From a virus, in the IMG/VR virus record IMGVR_UViG_3300046532_001046, positions 1 through 64,000 of that record: DNA of 64,000 nucleotides. One strand, 5' to 3'. Made by a program: the position numbers and the translations under genes. Position 1 is the first letter of the stretch; every line of letters begins with the position of its first letter. Positions 46,875 to 55,535 of this stretch are shown here, piece by piece. The notes beneath the pieces were generated by a model that did not search any database, was not told the origin of the DNA, and saw nothing but the letters and a program-made list of their open reading frames with translations.

Positions 46875-47048
46875 CTAGTCATCATCGCATATCTCACACT
46901 TTCTGCACACACCATCCCACGTAAGGTCAGAGAGTGGTACTGCTGTCTGTCCTTTGATGCAGTACCCATACTCAACTCCTGAGGAGTCAACCAACGTAGG
47001 ATCGTCGTCGCTGTCGTCGCTGTCGTAGTATTCGATTACAGGGCTCAC
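46875..47048 (-). CDS. small acidic Cys-containing protein (57 aa)
   Basis: Manually read MSPVIEYYDSDDSDDD...GVCRKCEICDDD; fits the gap without overlap. Confidence 0.5.
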   Translation of the reverse strand: MSPVIEYYDSDDSDDDPTLVDSSGVEYGYCIKGQTAVPLSDLTWDGVCRKCEICDDD

Positions 47049-47052
47049 CTTA

Positions 47053-48483
47053 TCAGTCCACTACCTCGGCGTCATGGATCTCTTCTAACAGCCGATTACT
47101 CTGCTCTGCGTTAAAGCCACCGCCGGGGAGGGTTTGTGCAGCCCTCCCTGCCTCGGCTCCAAACAGGCGGGACAGCACCCCGCTAGTTCCTCTGGTCTCC
47201 ATTGAGATGGACAGCATCTCACGAGATTCGTTCACGGTCTTCATCTTGTCGATGAGTGTGAACAGCCGATCCATCTCGGCAGAGAGGGCCGGGTCCAACC
47301 CCTGCCCCTCCAGTTCTTCGGCAAAGCGAGCGAACAACACACGACTCGCCTGAATCTCAATCATCACCCGCATGGCTGCATTCAGTTGGTCCTTGGTGCG
47401 TATCTCCACGGGCAACTTAAAGCCACACTCGGAATGTTCCTTGAATGCCGGACACCTCGCCGCCAGATAGCAACTATCGCACTGTCTCAGGAGGGTGTCG
47501 CCGGTAACTAAAGTGTTTACGACGTTGGGAGCGATTTCGGTGTATTGTCCCTGCTCATCAGTGGTTTGTTCCCCCAATGACGTGATGGCCTCAATACCGA
47601 TACCCGGTAACAACACCTTCTCATCTTCGTGCCGCTTTAACACAACACCGATAGCAAGATCAGATGTGTGTGAAACCCCAGCATGTCCATCAGGGTCTCC
47701 TCCCCCGATAGCAACTATCTGGGGGTCATCTGTACCCCCATCACCGTCTGCGTTGTAGTCACGGGAAGGGTCATAGCCCGACGAACCCGACCATGCTTGC
47801 CACGACCGGATCGCCAATAGTCCCATCGCTGACACTGAGTCTTCCATGACCTCCCCGAAGTCCACACCCAGCCTCAGGATGTCAGCCCGGTGGCGCTTGC
47901 GTGCGCTCTCCTTCTGCTGGGCAGGGTACCGACGCAGACCATGCCCGTCCCACACCTGTGTCTCTCCGTACCGTATTACTGAGGTCCATGACCCAACCAC
48001 CACTGAGTCCCACGGTCCAGCGTCGATGGAGTCCACCTTGGACGTGAGGGCAATCATCTTGGTGCCCCACCTCTGGTGGAGTTGGTTGATGCGGGGCAGG
48101 GTCTTACCAGTAATGGCTTTGTCACTTAAAGCGACCCTTCCATGCTTCTGGCACAGCCACGCCAGACGCTCTAGGTCCTCTTTATCGTTCCAGATCGGTA
48201 CGTACTTTTCGCCCAGCCAGTCCCCCTCATAGTTGGGTGGACAGATGACTACGTCTAGGTCCTCCTCATGCTGGCGAATGAACGAGTCAAACCTATGGAG
48301 ATCCTCGTCGGTTTCTGAGGTGTACACGAGGATGTCTCCACCCTCAAACTTATCGCTGAGGATGAGTTCCTTACGTTTGGGGATGGACAACTGAGTGAGG
48401 TTGACACCGAACGACGTGACTCCAGCGGACAGGAGAATGGATAGATAAGAACCCTTCTCAGCGCCACCAAAGTAGACCTTCAA
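47053..48483 (-). CDS. two-domain phage protein: degenerate TGT-like barrel plus Cys4/helical C-terminus
   Basis: VYFGG start, PWDSVVVGSW..VIRYG; CDSC.....CP......C; helical tail. Confidence 0.6.
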   Translation of the reverse strand: MKVYFGGAEKGSYLSILLSAGVTSFGVNLTQLSIPKRKELILSDKFEGGDILVYTSETDEDLHRFDSFIRQHEEDLDVVICPPNYEGDWLGEKYVPIWNDKEDLERLAWLCQKHGRVALSDKAITGKTLPRINQLHQRWGTKMIALTSKVDSIDAGPWDSVVVGSWTSVIRYGETQVWDGHGLRRYPAQQKESARKRHRADILRLGVDFGEVMEDSVSAMGLLAIRSWQAWSGSSGYDPSRDYNADGDGGTDDPQIVAIGGGDPDGHAGVSHTSDLAIGVVLKRHEDEKVLLPGIGIEAITSLGEQTTDEQGQYTEIAPNVVNTLVTGDTLLRQCDSCYLAARCPAFKEHSECGFKLPVEIRTKDQLNAAMRVMIEIQASRVLFARFAEELEGQGLDPALSAEMDRLFTLIDKMKTVNESREMLSISMETRGTSGVLSRLFGAEAGRAAQTLPGGGFNAEQSNRLLEEIHDAEVVD

Positions 48484-48962
48484 TCCCTCTCTCCCCAGTT
48501 AGCCTCAGCCCGCATGATCCTCTGTCGGTCAATCTCTGCCACCAGATCGTCCCACGGCTTGTTCCCACCAACCAGATCGCTCCGCCACTCAACACGAGGA
48601 ACAGAAGGAGCAACGGCTATTAACGTGGGTAGTCCGTCCTCCAGCGCCAACTGTGCTGTGTACGGGTCAATGTCCACGAACCAGCGGACATTACCGAAGG
48701 CATTACGCAACTGTGTGGCCCGGCGGACCTTCTCTTTCGGGGTGCTGTCCTTGGAGAAGTCAATCATGCTGGGCTTATAGCCCTCGGCCTTCAACCAGTG
48801 CTCTAAGTGGTCCTTGTCGTCCCTAATATCAGCAATGAGGACAATACTGCCGTTGTACTGCTGAAACAGCATGTTCCAGAGTCCACGACCTTCCACGCTG
48901 GGCTTCCGGGTACCGACCGTCTCGGAGGGTAGAGCCAAGGTATCCATCGTGATGAGGATCAT
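48480..48962 (-). CDS. HAD-fold-like protein
   Basis: MILITMDTL (degenerate DxD), WL...G, K, WFVD.DP. Confidence 0.55.
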   Translation of the reverse strand: MILITMDTLALPSETVGTRKPSVEGRGLWNMLFQQYNGSIVLIADIRDDKDHLEHWLKAEGYKPSMIDFSKDSTPKEKVRRATQLRNAFGNVRWFVDIDPYTAQLALEDGLPTLIAVAPSVPRVEWRSDLVGGNKPWDDLVAEIDRQRIMRAEANWGERD

Positions 48963-49499
48963 TTAGGACCCCGGTGTCCACAACTTCTTACCACCGACTC
49001 CATCGTTCGTGACTGTCCTATTGCGATTCACCGTGTCACCCTTTGTGCTATAAAGGCCCTTAGCACTACGGATCTTATACTGGTAGTACTCCTGCACCGG
49101 ACAGAACATGCAGAGATACATACGCTTATCCTTGGGTACCCCCATCTTTCGCCCGACAGTCTTTTCCTCACTGCAATAGTCCAAGCAGTCGGCCTTGGGT
49201 CGACCATGATTGGAGAAGCACTTGAGAGCGTCCTCTTTGAGGTCGTTACGCATCTCCCGCACTTCAACTTCATTCTTCATCAACTCCTTCTTGACCTCTG
49301 TCTCCATGTCAAGTTTGGAGGCTGTGTCGTCATCACAGCGGAAGATTTGAGACATATGGGACTCAGGGCGGGGGTCGTTGGCCTGATGCAGATGCTTCTT
49401 GATGATCTCCTGTAGTTCCATGTCGTACTCAGGAGGACCATCGTAGTCCAGCATGTTGTAGAGGGTGCCGCAAGGCTTACACACCAGTAGGCGTGGCAT
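48963..49499 (-). CDS. Cys/His-rich zinc-binding protein
   Basis: CKPC, CF..HGRP...C.DY, YLCMFCPV. Confidence 0.75.
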   Translation of the reverse strand: MPRLLVCKPCGTLYNMLDYDGPPEYDMELQEIIKKHLHQANDPRPESHMSQIFRCDDDTASKLDMETEVKKELMKNEVEVREMRNDLKEDALKCFSNHGRPKADCLDYCSEEKTVGRKMGVPKDKRMYLCMFCPVQEYYQYKIRSAKGLYSTKGDTVNRNRTVTNDGVGGKKLWTPGS

Positions 49500-49539
49500 A
49501 TGTTGTACTCCGGGTTGTGGTTACTTGTTTAGAAACCTA

Positions 49540-49725
49540 TCAAACGATCTTAACAGGAAACCCATCTGGGTCTAGGCCATAGTGCCACGGTAGTTCACGG
49601 GCACGAGTGGAGACGTTAGTCATGTCCACCTCACCACCACGATCAGGGGCGAGGTACTTACGTACACCATCGTTCTTCCCCTGAGCCATGTCCTGATTCA
49701 TTGAGCGAGATTCGTTAACTGCCAT
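49540..49725 (-). CDS. small hypothetical protein
   Basis: MAVNESRSMN...; TGATAGGAT-N6-ATG. Confidence 0.65.
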   Translation of the reverse strand: MAVNESRSMNQDMAQGKNDGVRKYLAPDRGGEVDMTNVSTRARELPWHYGLDPDGFPVKIV

Positions 49726-49737
49726 GTCTATATCCTA

Positions 49738-50529
49738 TCAGAAGTTGAGGGAGCGATTTGTACTATTAGGCATGTTGGGGAACGGAGTAGACTGCTGTGT
49801 AGCAGACTGCTGTACCCCAGACTGGCGGGTATGCGAACGTGATGAGGCTATTGACTGCACTGGTCCATGCTGTGGCTTCTGCCCAGTACCCAACCCCTGC
49901 TGGGGTCTGGTGCCCTGACCTGCTCCCCCGTAAGGGGCACCGGGAATCATGGAACCCAGACCCTGTGCTCCGGGGTTTAGGGCCTTTGGAGCGGGGTTGA
50001 GGGCCTTAGGAGAACTGCCAGTGGTGATCTCCTTAGAATCTGCGTCAACCGTGTTACCACGGGATGATGGGGTATAACGTGGTGGGGGCTTTCCCTGTTC
50101 ACCACCGGCCCATCCGCCTTGACCGCCTGCTCCCGGTGACGGGATTGGTCCGCCTTGGTTCCCAGTACCGCCTTGACCGCCTTGGTTCCCAGTGTTGTCA
50201 ACGAAGACATTGGCCGTGAACCGGTCGTCCTCCTTCTTCTTCTTTCCAAGGATGGACTCACCCTTGTCTGGGTATCCCGTGATGGACTGTTGTGCAGCAT
50301 CGCTACCTGTACGGTCAGCAGATACTCCTGCGCTCCCACCGGAGCCCTTGCCCATGACGTTGGTGCCCCCGCCACCGCCGCCCTTCTCGTAGGAGCCGGG
50401 CTGGAGGCCAGTATAGAAAGACTGGCCCTGAGCGGCCACATTCTCTGGGTTTACATAACGTGCTGCCATCGCTCTACGCCCACATCGGTTGCATTGTGTA
50501 CCGGTCGGAACCGGAGAATGTATCGTCAA
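49738..50529 (-). CDS. Gly/Gln/Pro-rich disordered protein
   Basis: Low-complexity ORF; likely start at MAARY. Confidence 0.7.
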   Translation of the reverse strand: MTIHSPVPTGTQCNRCGRRAMAARYVNPENVAAQGQSFYTGLQPGSYEKGGGGGGTNVMGKGSGGSAGVSADRTGSDAAQQSITGYPDKGESILGKKKKEDDRFTANVFVDNTGNQGGQGGTGNQGGPIPSPGAGGQGGWAGGEQGKPPPRYTPSSRGNTVDADSKEITTGSSPKALNPAPKALNPGAQGLGSMIPGAPYGGAGQGTRPQQGLGTGQKPQHGPVQSIASSRSHTRQSGVQQSATQQSTPFPNMPNSTNRSLNF

Positions 50530-50845
50530 CTAGAGAACCATTGTGAAGCATTACTGGTGCTCCAGACACCCACGAGCGGTAAGCCGGTACCTCTCGTGAT
50601 GTGTTTAGTACACTCATTATGCCATGTTCCATCTTGACGAAGCCTCGTACCTCAGGAAACAACTCCATGGGAACGACGGGACGTGTATTCCTGATGGTCT
50701 CGGGGTCGGAGATTGCCGACTCCAGAGCGATGTCAACCAAGAACTCTTGACGGGTCTGCCAAGGCCGCTTCGTCTGCCGATACTGCTGCATCGGGAAGGA
50801 CTGGGCAACGGGGCTCCCACCGGGAGTGATCTGTTCGTTACTCAT
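50474..50845 (-). CDS. hypothetical protein
   Basis: 123 aa, ATGA-coupled. Confidence 0.7.
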   Translation of the reverse strand: MSNEQITPGGSPVAQSFPMQQYRQTKRPWQTRQEFLVDIALESAISDPETIRNTRPVVPMELFPEVRGFVKMEHGIMSVLNTSREVPAYRSWVSGAPVMLHNGSLVDDTFSGSDRYTMQPMWA

Positions 50846-51375
50846 GTAGCCCGCCGTATCTGCCGTCTCTGTGCGAAAGCCGCTGTGATGACTCTGGTAC
50901 TATGTTCCCCAGCCAGTCTGGTGCCCTCGGCACGCTGTTGGCGGTCCTTTCGCATGTCTTCGTCAGTCTCGCCTGCGTCCCACTGATCACGCACGGGCTC
51001 ATGCTCACCGCCGACATACTCGGGGTGATTCATCCACGTAAACTGGTCGGGGGATACGTTGTAGTACGCCCGTGTGTGCGTTGCGGTTATGTAGTTGCCT
51101 CCGACGTTGGAGGTCGCATGGGTGCTCAGATCAGCACGGACGTTGGTTTCTAACTTGCCCTGCTTGACTAGGGCCTGTAGGTCTGTCCGTCGGGGGTGCT
51201 TCTCACCGTGACCGGGCGGGATAGGGCTAGGGGCAGGAGCACGTTGTGGCCGGAGTTCTACCTCACTGACTGCCTGACTACGACCCTTGGCGGCGCGGTG
51301 TTGACCAATCATGGCTACCCGATTGAGGATGTCTCCCTGATCCTGCTCTATGGTTTCTGGAGACCTACGTGCCAT
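50842..51375 (-). CDS. basic hypothetical protein
   Basis: 177 aa, TAATG-coupled. Confidence 0.7.
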   Translation of the reverse strand: MARRSPETIEQDQGDILNRVAMIGQHRAAKGRSQAVSEVELRPQRAPAPSPIPPGHGEKHPRRTDLQALVKQGKLETNVRADLSTHATSNVGGNYITATHTRAYYNVSPDQFTWMNHPEYVGGEHEPVRDQWDAGETDEDMRKDRQQRAEGTRLAGEHSTRVITAAFAQRRQIRRAT

Positions 51376-51854
51376 TAGGCGATCCAGTCGTCGTTCTCGT
51401 CCAGCCCAAGATGCTGGTCCACCTCATCATTAGATCCGGGCTGCATCAGCCTTGAGATACGATCAAACTTGATCTCTTTAATCACCTCTGGGTGATCCGG
51501 TGGCAGGGGCGTGGCCTTATAGGGATCTAAAGCCCTAGCGATAGTGTCGGGGTGCTCACCCTCCTGCCCACGCCCACGCCCAAGAATCTCTTGAGCGTGT
51601 AGGGAGATGGCCTGCGTAGCACGTCCTCTGCCACGGCTGCTGTCGGTTATTCCTTGCTGCCTTGCAGCAGTACGGCCACCGTGTACCTCGTGCTCCTGCC
51701 CCTTGTGGTGGGAGAGGGAGTTCTTGCGACCGTGTGACTTAGGCCGTTGTTGTGCGGCCCAACCCTCGGTGTCACCCTTGCCACCGGGACGATAGGCCCC
51801 CTCTGCGGCACGGGCACGAGCGTCATCTTCAGAGAAGTTGGACTGGGAACTCAT
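51375..51854 (-). CDS. hydrophilic hypothetical protein
   Basis: 159 aa, in operon. Confidence 0.7.
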   Translation of the reverse strand: MSSQSNFSEDDARARAAEGAYRPGGKGDTEGWAAQQRPKSHGRKNSLSHHKGQEHEVHGGRTAARQQGITDSSRGRGRATQAISLHAQEILGRGRGQEGEHPDTIARALDPYKATPLPPDHPEVIKEIKFDRISRLMQPGSNDEVDQHLGLDENDDWIA

Positions 51855-51856
51855 GG

Positions 51857-52090
51857 CTATCGTTCCCTCTGCCAGCGACCTGTCGGGCCTGTGTCAGGGC
51901 CTGTCAAGGCTGCGAACTCAATGTCCCCCAAGGCACCCTGATCCTCTCTTTCACCGTAGATGCCCTGCATGTACAGGTACTGCCGAAGTCGGGCAGCCTG
52001 AACTGGGTCCTTCTCACGAATGTTCTTAGGCCGACGTGGAGTGTCTGCCTTAGTACTATCGTCTGGTTGCTGTCCTCGGTGTGTTTGCAT
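51857..52090 (-). CDS. small hypothetical protein
   Basis: 77 aa, TAATG-coupled. Confidence 0.65.
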   Translation of the reverse strand: MQTHRGQQPDDSTKADTPRRPKNIREKDPVQAARLRQYLYMQGIYGEREDQGALGDIEFAALTGPDTGPTGRWQRER

Positions 52091-52602
52091 TATCGGTAAA
52101 GCGGCATCAGGTGACGGAGGCGAGACTGCCTCTCGGGGTTAATCGGTGTCTGTTCTGATCCCGGCTGATTCCTCCTCAACGCTTCGGCTCCACTTATTTT
52201 ACCATCATTTGTGAGTCTCTTCGCTTCCGTCCCCACCGGAGCGAACCTCAAACCCTGTGACTCCAACTGGAGACTGGTGAACTTGTTGAACTCGTTGGGC
52301 CAGATGTAGTCAGTAGGGTTAATACGTTCACCCTTGTGAACACCACGGCTGTACTGCCGCAGGTTCATGCGTTCGATGTGGCCCAGTATCTTGTCGGCCC
52401 GCCTGTTGCCCTCCATGTTCCCCAGATAGCCATCTGGGAACTGGGTCTCTACGCCTGTGCGGTAGCCGGAGAGCAGGTAGTCCTTGGAACTACGGAAGTT
52501 CGGGGCCGGTCCTAGGGACGCAGTGGTAGCAGCCCCCGGTGGTTCGTTGGGGCTATTCCAGTTAGCGAATACTGCTGCGTTAGCAGAGGTGCCCTCAGAC
52601 AC
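52090..52602 (-). CDS. phage protein (PDGYLG...YSRGVHKGERI)
   Basis: 170 aa, GGAGG RBS. Confidence 0.75.
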   Translation of the reverse strand: MSEGTSANAAVFANWNSPNEPPGAATTASLGPAPNFRSSKDYLLSGYRTGVETQFPDGYLGNMEGNRRADKILGHIERMNLRQYSRGVHKGERINPTDYIWPNEFNKFTSLQLESQGLRFAPVGTEAKRLTNDGKISGAEALRRNQPGSEQTPINPERQSRLRHLMPLYR

Positions 52603-52802
52603 TACTTACCTCCGTCACTGCTCAGTTTGGCGTCCGGCGCTTCATAGGTGCCCTTCCAAATGTTCTTCAGGTCACGGCCTGTCTGGACCATCCCTCCATT
52701 GGGTCCGTCGAACTGGGGGTCCTTCTCTAGTTCTGCGAAGAATCCTTTAAACCGGGAAGCACGGGGTGATCCCTGTCGGTCGGTGTCTCGTCCTAGTGGC
52801 AT
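52602..52802 (-). CDS. small protein, MPxGxDTDRQG family
   Basis: Start moved to MPLGRDTDRQG (TAATG coupling). Confidence 0.7.
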   Translation of the reverse strand: MPLGRDTDRQGSPRASRFKGFFAELEKDPQFDGPNGGMVQTGRDLKNIWKGTYEAPDAKLSSDGGK

Positions 52803-53167
52803 TAGTACCCCGTACTCCCGCCAGTTGCCTTGTCGGCTAGATTGGAACCGGCTTTCATACCGAAGGACGTGGCCGCAGCCCCAGCCATCTTGCCCAGCAG
52901 GGGGCGGGCTGCGGCGGCGAGCAGTGGGAGGCCGTGAGTGCCCTCTTCCTCGTAAGTGTCGTTCTGAGGATCTACGAGGTCCCCCAAGTCGTCCCGGAGC
53001 CAACCGTGGGCAGGGTCGTGTTCCTGTATTGACCCATCATCGTAAATGATAGGGGCCGGGTTGCCTGCTTCAGCGGCCTGCTCCTCGGCCCAAGCGTATT
53101 GGACCGGGTCAAAGTCACGGTGGGCTCGGCCACTGCCCTGTCGGTCGGTATCTGGTCCTATTGGCAT
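52802..53167 (-). CDS. MPIGPDTDRQG family protein with YEEEGTHG motif and amphipathic tail
   Basis: Start moved to MPIGP (TAATG coupling). Confidence 0.75.
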   Translation of the reverse strand: MPIGPDTDRQGSGRAHRDFDPVQYAWAEEQAAEAGNPAPIIYDDGSIQEHDPAHGWLRDDLGDLVDPQNDTYEEEGTHGLPLLAAAARPLLGKMAGAAATSFGMKAGSNLADKATGGSTGY

Positions 53168-53469
53168 TAGAGAGGGTTGTCCTGCTTCCACTGCTCATGG
53201 CCGGGGAAGTGCTGTTCGTGATCGGGGTCGGCAGCCTGCTTGGTGTATGTGTTGGAGTGCATGTACCGGTGTACATCGGCCTTTCCCGCTTCCCAATCCT
53301 CATGGCCCTTATCACCGGGCTTGGGGCCTCCGGCTTTGGAGAAGTAGTTGTGCATACGGGCCCAGTTCGGCGTCATTTCTATGGCCTCACCGGAGTGTAA
53401 GTCATCCTCCAACTGTTGACGGTCGGAGCGGGACACGCCCTGTCGGTCGGTATCAGGTCCTATTGGCAT
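53167..53469 (-). CDS. MPIGPDTDRQG family protein
   Basis: First 33 nt nearly identical to those of the next gene. Confidence 0.75.
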   Translation of the reverse strand: MPIGPDTDRQGVSRSDRQQLEDDLHSGEAIEMTPNWARMHNYFSKAGGPKPGDKGHEDWEAGKADVHRYMHSNTYTKQAADPDHEQHFPGHEQWKQDNPL

Positions 53470-53497
53470 ATTAGTTACGCTCTCTCATCGCTTGGCA

Positions 53498-53710
53498 TTA
53501 CGTACCTGCTACTTGGCTGCCAGTGCCGCCAAAGTCTGGACTCGTCGGAGGACTGCTGACGTGACCAGCAATCGTAATATGGCGTGGGCGACCAGTGCCA
53601 GCCTTGATCTTTCCACCCGGACCAGAGCGCTCGGGCAGTAGTCGGTTAGGCCCACGGTACCCGTGGGGCTTGAGTTCCTCTAGGGCCTGCTTCTGATTCG
53701 GTATTATCAT
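53498..53710 (-). CDS. small basic protein
   Basis: 70 aa; TGGTAAGAT-N6-ATG. Confidence 0.6.
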   Translation of the reverse strand: MIIPNQKQALEELKPHGYRGPNRLLPERSGPGGKIKAGTGRPRHITIAGHVSSPPTSPDFGGTGSQVAGT

Positions 53711-53714
53711 ACTA

Positions 53715-54017
53715 CTATCTTACCACGGGCTTGAAGAACATGGCTGAGATTTGGTCCCCGTTGTCCCCTATAATGTCATCAAACCCAATAATATAGGAGA
53801 CATCCAGACCTCTCGGGGCTACGAATCCTCGGGCGATGGCGCACGCCTTCACCGCCTGATTCACGGCACTTGCCCCGATGGCACGCATCTTGGGGATATG
53901 CCCAGCGGTGATCGCTCGGGCGAGAATGGAACCGACACTCTGTGGGTTGCTGGAACCAGAAACCTTGATTATCGAATCGGTATTGACGCTGCTTGTAGAC
54001 CTCACTTCATCAGCCAT
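53715..54017 (-). CDS. spoVS: SpoVS (Alba-fold) family protein
   Basis: IKVS.SSNP.SV...A..I.......RAIGA.AVNQAVKA.AIARGFVAP.G.D; start moved to MADEV (GGAG RBS). Confidence 0.92.
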   Translation of the reverse strand: MADEVRSTSSVNTDSIIKVSGSSNPQSVGSILARAITAGHIPKMRAIGASAVNQAVKACAIARGFVAPRGLDVSYIIGFDDIIGDNGDQISAMFFKPVVR

Positions 54018-54060
54018 TTGACTACTCCAATAATGTAGAACGATTGTTACTGTTCTAAGT

Positions 54061-54426
54061 TTAGAGGTAGTCGGCCTCTTGAAGTAGACAGACCAGATCA
54101 CACAACCGCATCATGGCGTAGGTGTCATCTAGGGAGTGCGCTCCCTTTCCGGGGCGCTTGACCACGAGTAGTGGTACCGCATTATCCAGCCTCTCAGCCT
54201 GCTCCACAGTGGCGTCCAGCCAGCCACTGAAGTTAAACTTCTTCTGGTTCTTACACTGGACAGCAACTTCCCGACCTGTCTCAGTGTTAGCAATACCGTT
54301 GATGTCTCCAGTGTCATATGCACCAGACAGGGCGGTACGTTTGGCGGAAGTGAATCCTTTGGAGACCAAGTACTCTCGTATCAGCGTCTCAAAGGCCGTA
54401 CCCTTCTGCTTAGACGGGTTGCTCAT
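54061..54426 (-). CDS. Holliday junction resolvase, Hjc-like PD-(D/E)xK
   Basis: SKQKGTAFE, G.YD.GDI, VQCKN, W...T..QA, LLVVKR. Confidence 0.85.
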   Translation of the reverse strand: MSNPSKQKGTAFETLIREYLVSKGFTSAKRTALSGAYDTGDINGIANTETGREVAVQCKNQKKFNFSGWLDATVEQAERLDNAVPLLVVKRPGKGAHSLDDTYAMMRLCDLVCLLQEADYL

Positions 54427-54704
54427 GCAAGGTAACCATGCGACAAACTGAAGCCCGGACACTTGTTTACGTCACTCGGTTCGACAGTCTCAACCACCTT
54501 AAACATATCGGCTCCGACGAGGAGGGCTTGGAGGTCCGCTTTGGAGTCAAGCATTCCGGGGGTGATCTTGTTACCATCAGTTGGAAGGGCGTTGGCGATG
54601 TTCTCCATCGCTACCTGTGTTTCCTTTTCTCTGCTTCTGTCGGTAATGCCCTGAGGGGAGTTTCGCAGTATGGCATCACAAATAACTGGTCTGGTGTCCA
54701 TCAC
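54423..54704 (-). CDS. hypothetical protein
   Basis: 93 aa, coupled at both ends. Confidence 0.5.
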   Translation of the reverse strand: MMDTRPVICDAILRNSPQGITDRSREKETQVAMENIANALPTDGNKITPGMLDSKADLQALLVGADMFKVVETVEPSDVNKCPGFSLSHGYLA

Positions 54705-54844
54705 TTCACCCTATCCTCGTCAGAACTGATTTCAGAGTCACACTTGTTACAACGGCCATCATAGCGACCCAACGCCAAGCCTCCAATGAAGTGGCGGGGG
54801 CAGTATGGGCACTTGTACAGGGAGTCCTTGGGGTACTTCAGCAT
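54701..54844 (-). CDS. small zinc-ribbon protein (47 aa)
   Basis: Manually read MLKYPKDSLYKCPYC...GRCNKC. Confidence 0.55.
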   Translation of the reverse strand: MLKYPKDSLYKCPYCPRHFIGGLALGRYDGRCNKCDSEISSDEDRVK

Positions 54845-55077
54845 CATGCTGGCCTGTCCATGAACAGATCCCGACTGCTTGGATACGTCCCGGTGGGCTT
54901 CTGCTTAACCTCGTCCTCGTACCCACAGTGCGGGCACGACAGCGTGCTTAAAGCGTCGGGCACCTTTAGGGAATACTTCACCTGAGCGTGTGCGTAGGAC
55001 CACCAGTTTTCGCACTGACCACAGGTGAAGTGGTAGATGGTCTCTGCTGTGAAGGCGTGACTCATGCACCTGTCCAC
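54844..55077 (-). CDS. small zinc-ribbon protein
   Basis: YHFTCGQC.NWWS...CPHCG. Confidence 0.7.
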   Translation of the reverse strand: MDRCMSHAFTAETIYHFTCGQCENWWSYAHAQVKYSLKVPDALSTLSCPHCGYEDEVKQKPTGTYPSSRDLFMDRPA

Positions 55078-55535
55078 TGTAGTTTGCGCTCGTTGGGGGT
55101 GAGACTGATACGACGGCTCAGTTCACGAGACAGCACTGTGGCGTTACGCTCTCCACGGTCAAACACTGTGTCCACCAACTTACGGTAGGCCCGTGACTCG
55201 TGGTGACGTTGATGGTACTCCCTCACCGTTGGGTCGACATCTCGTCGGGCCTTAGCCATCGTCACGGTGTCCCCCTTGCTATCCGCCTCCCACTGCTCCA
55301 GCAGTGCCAGCGCCTCGCCATGCCTTAAAGCGCTCAAGGCGTTCTCTTCAATGATCTCTGCGTGAACCAACTCGGACTTGGCGTAGTTGACCCACGACAC
55401 CATCTCGGCGTACTGGCTCATCAAATCACCGTCGGACAACACGTCCAGTTCCTCCGGCAGGGTCGGCATAGCGTCCCCCGGCTTCCTCGGACTGTCGAAC
55501 TTCAGATTGAACTTCGCTTGGGCCTTTGCCATCAT
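55062..55535 (-). CDS. helical coiled-coil protein, possibly UvsY-like recombination mediator
   Basis: All-helical 157 aa in the recA/exonuclease block. Confidence 0.55.
   Translation of the reverse strand: MMAKAQAKFNLKFDSPRKPGDAMPTLPEELDVLSDGDLMSQYAEMVSWVNYAKSELVHAEIIEENALSALRHGEALALLEQWEADSKGDTVTMAKARRDVDPTVREYHQRHHESRAYRKLVDTVFDRGERNATVLSRELSRRISLTPNERKLQWTGA

Noticed and set aside
46763-46990. 75-aa ORF upstream of whiB
   Set aside because: Overlaps whiB heavily; the 46875..47048 frame fits the gap better
55426-55535. Programmed frameshift between the exonuclease and the next gene (110-bp overlap)
   Set aside because: The downstream gene has its own GGAG and ATG, and no slippery site is evident
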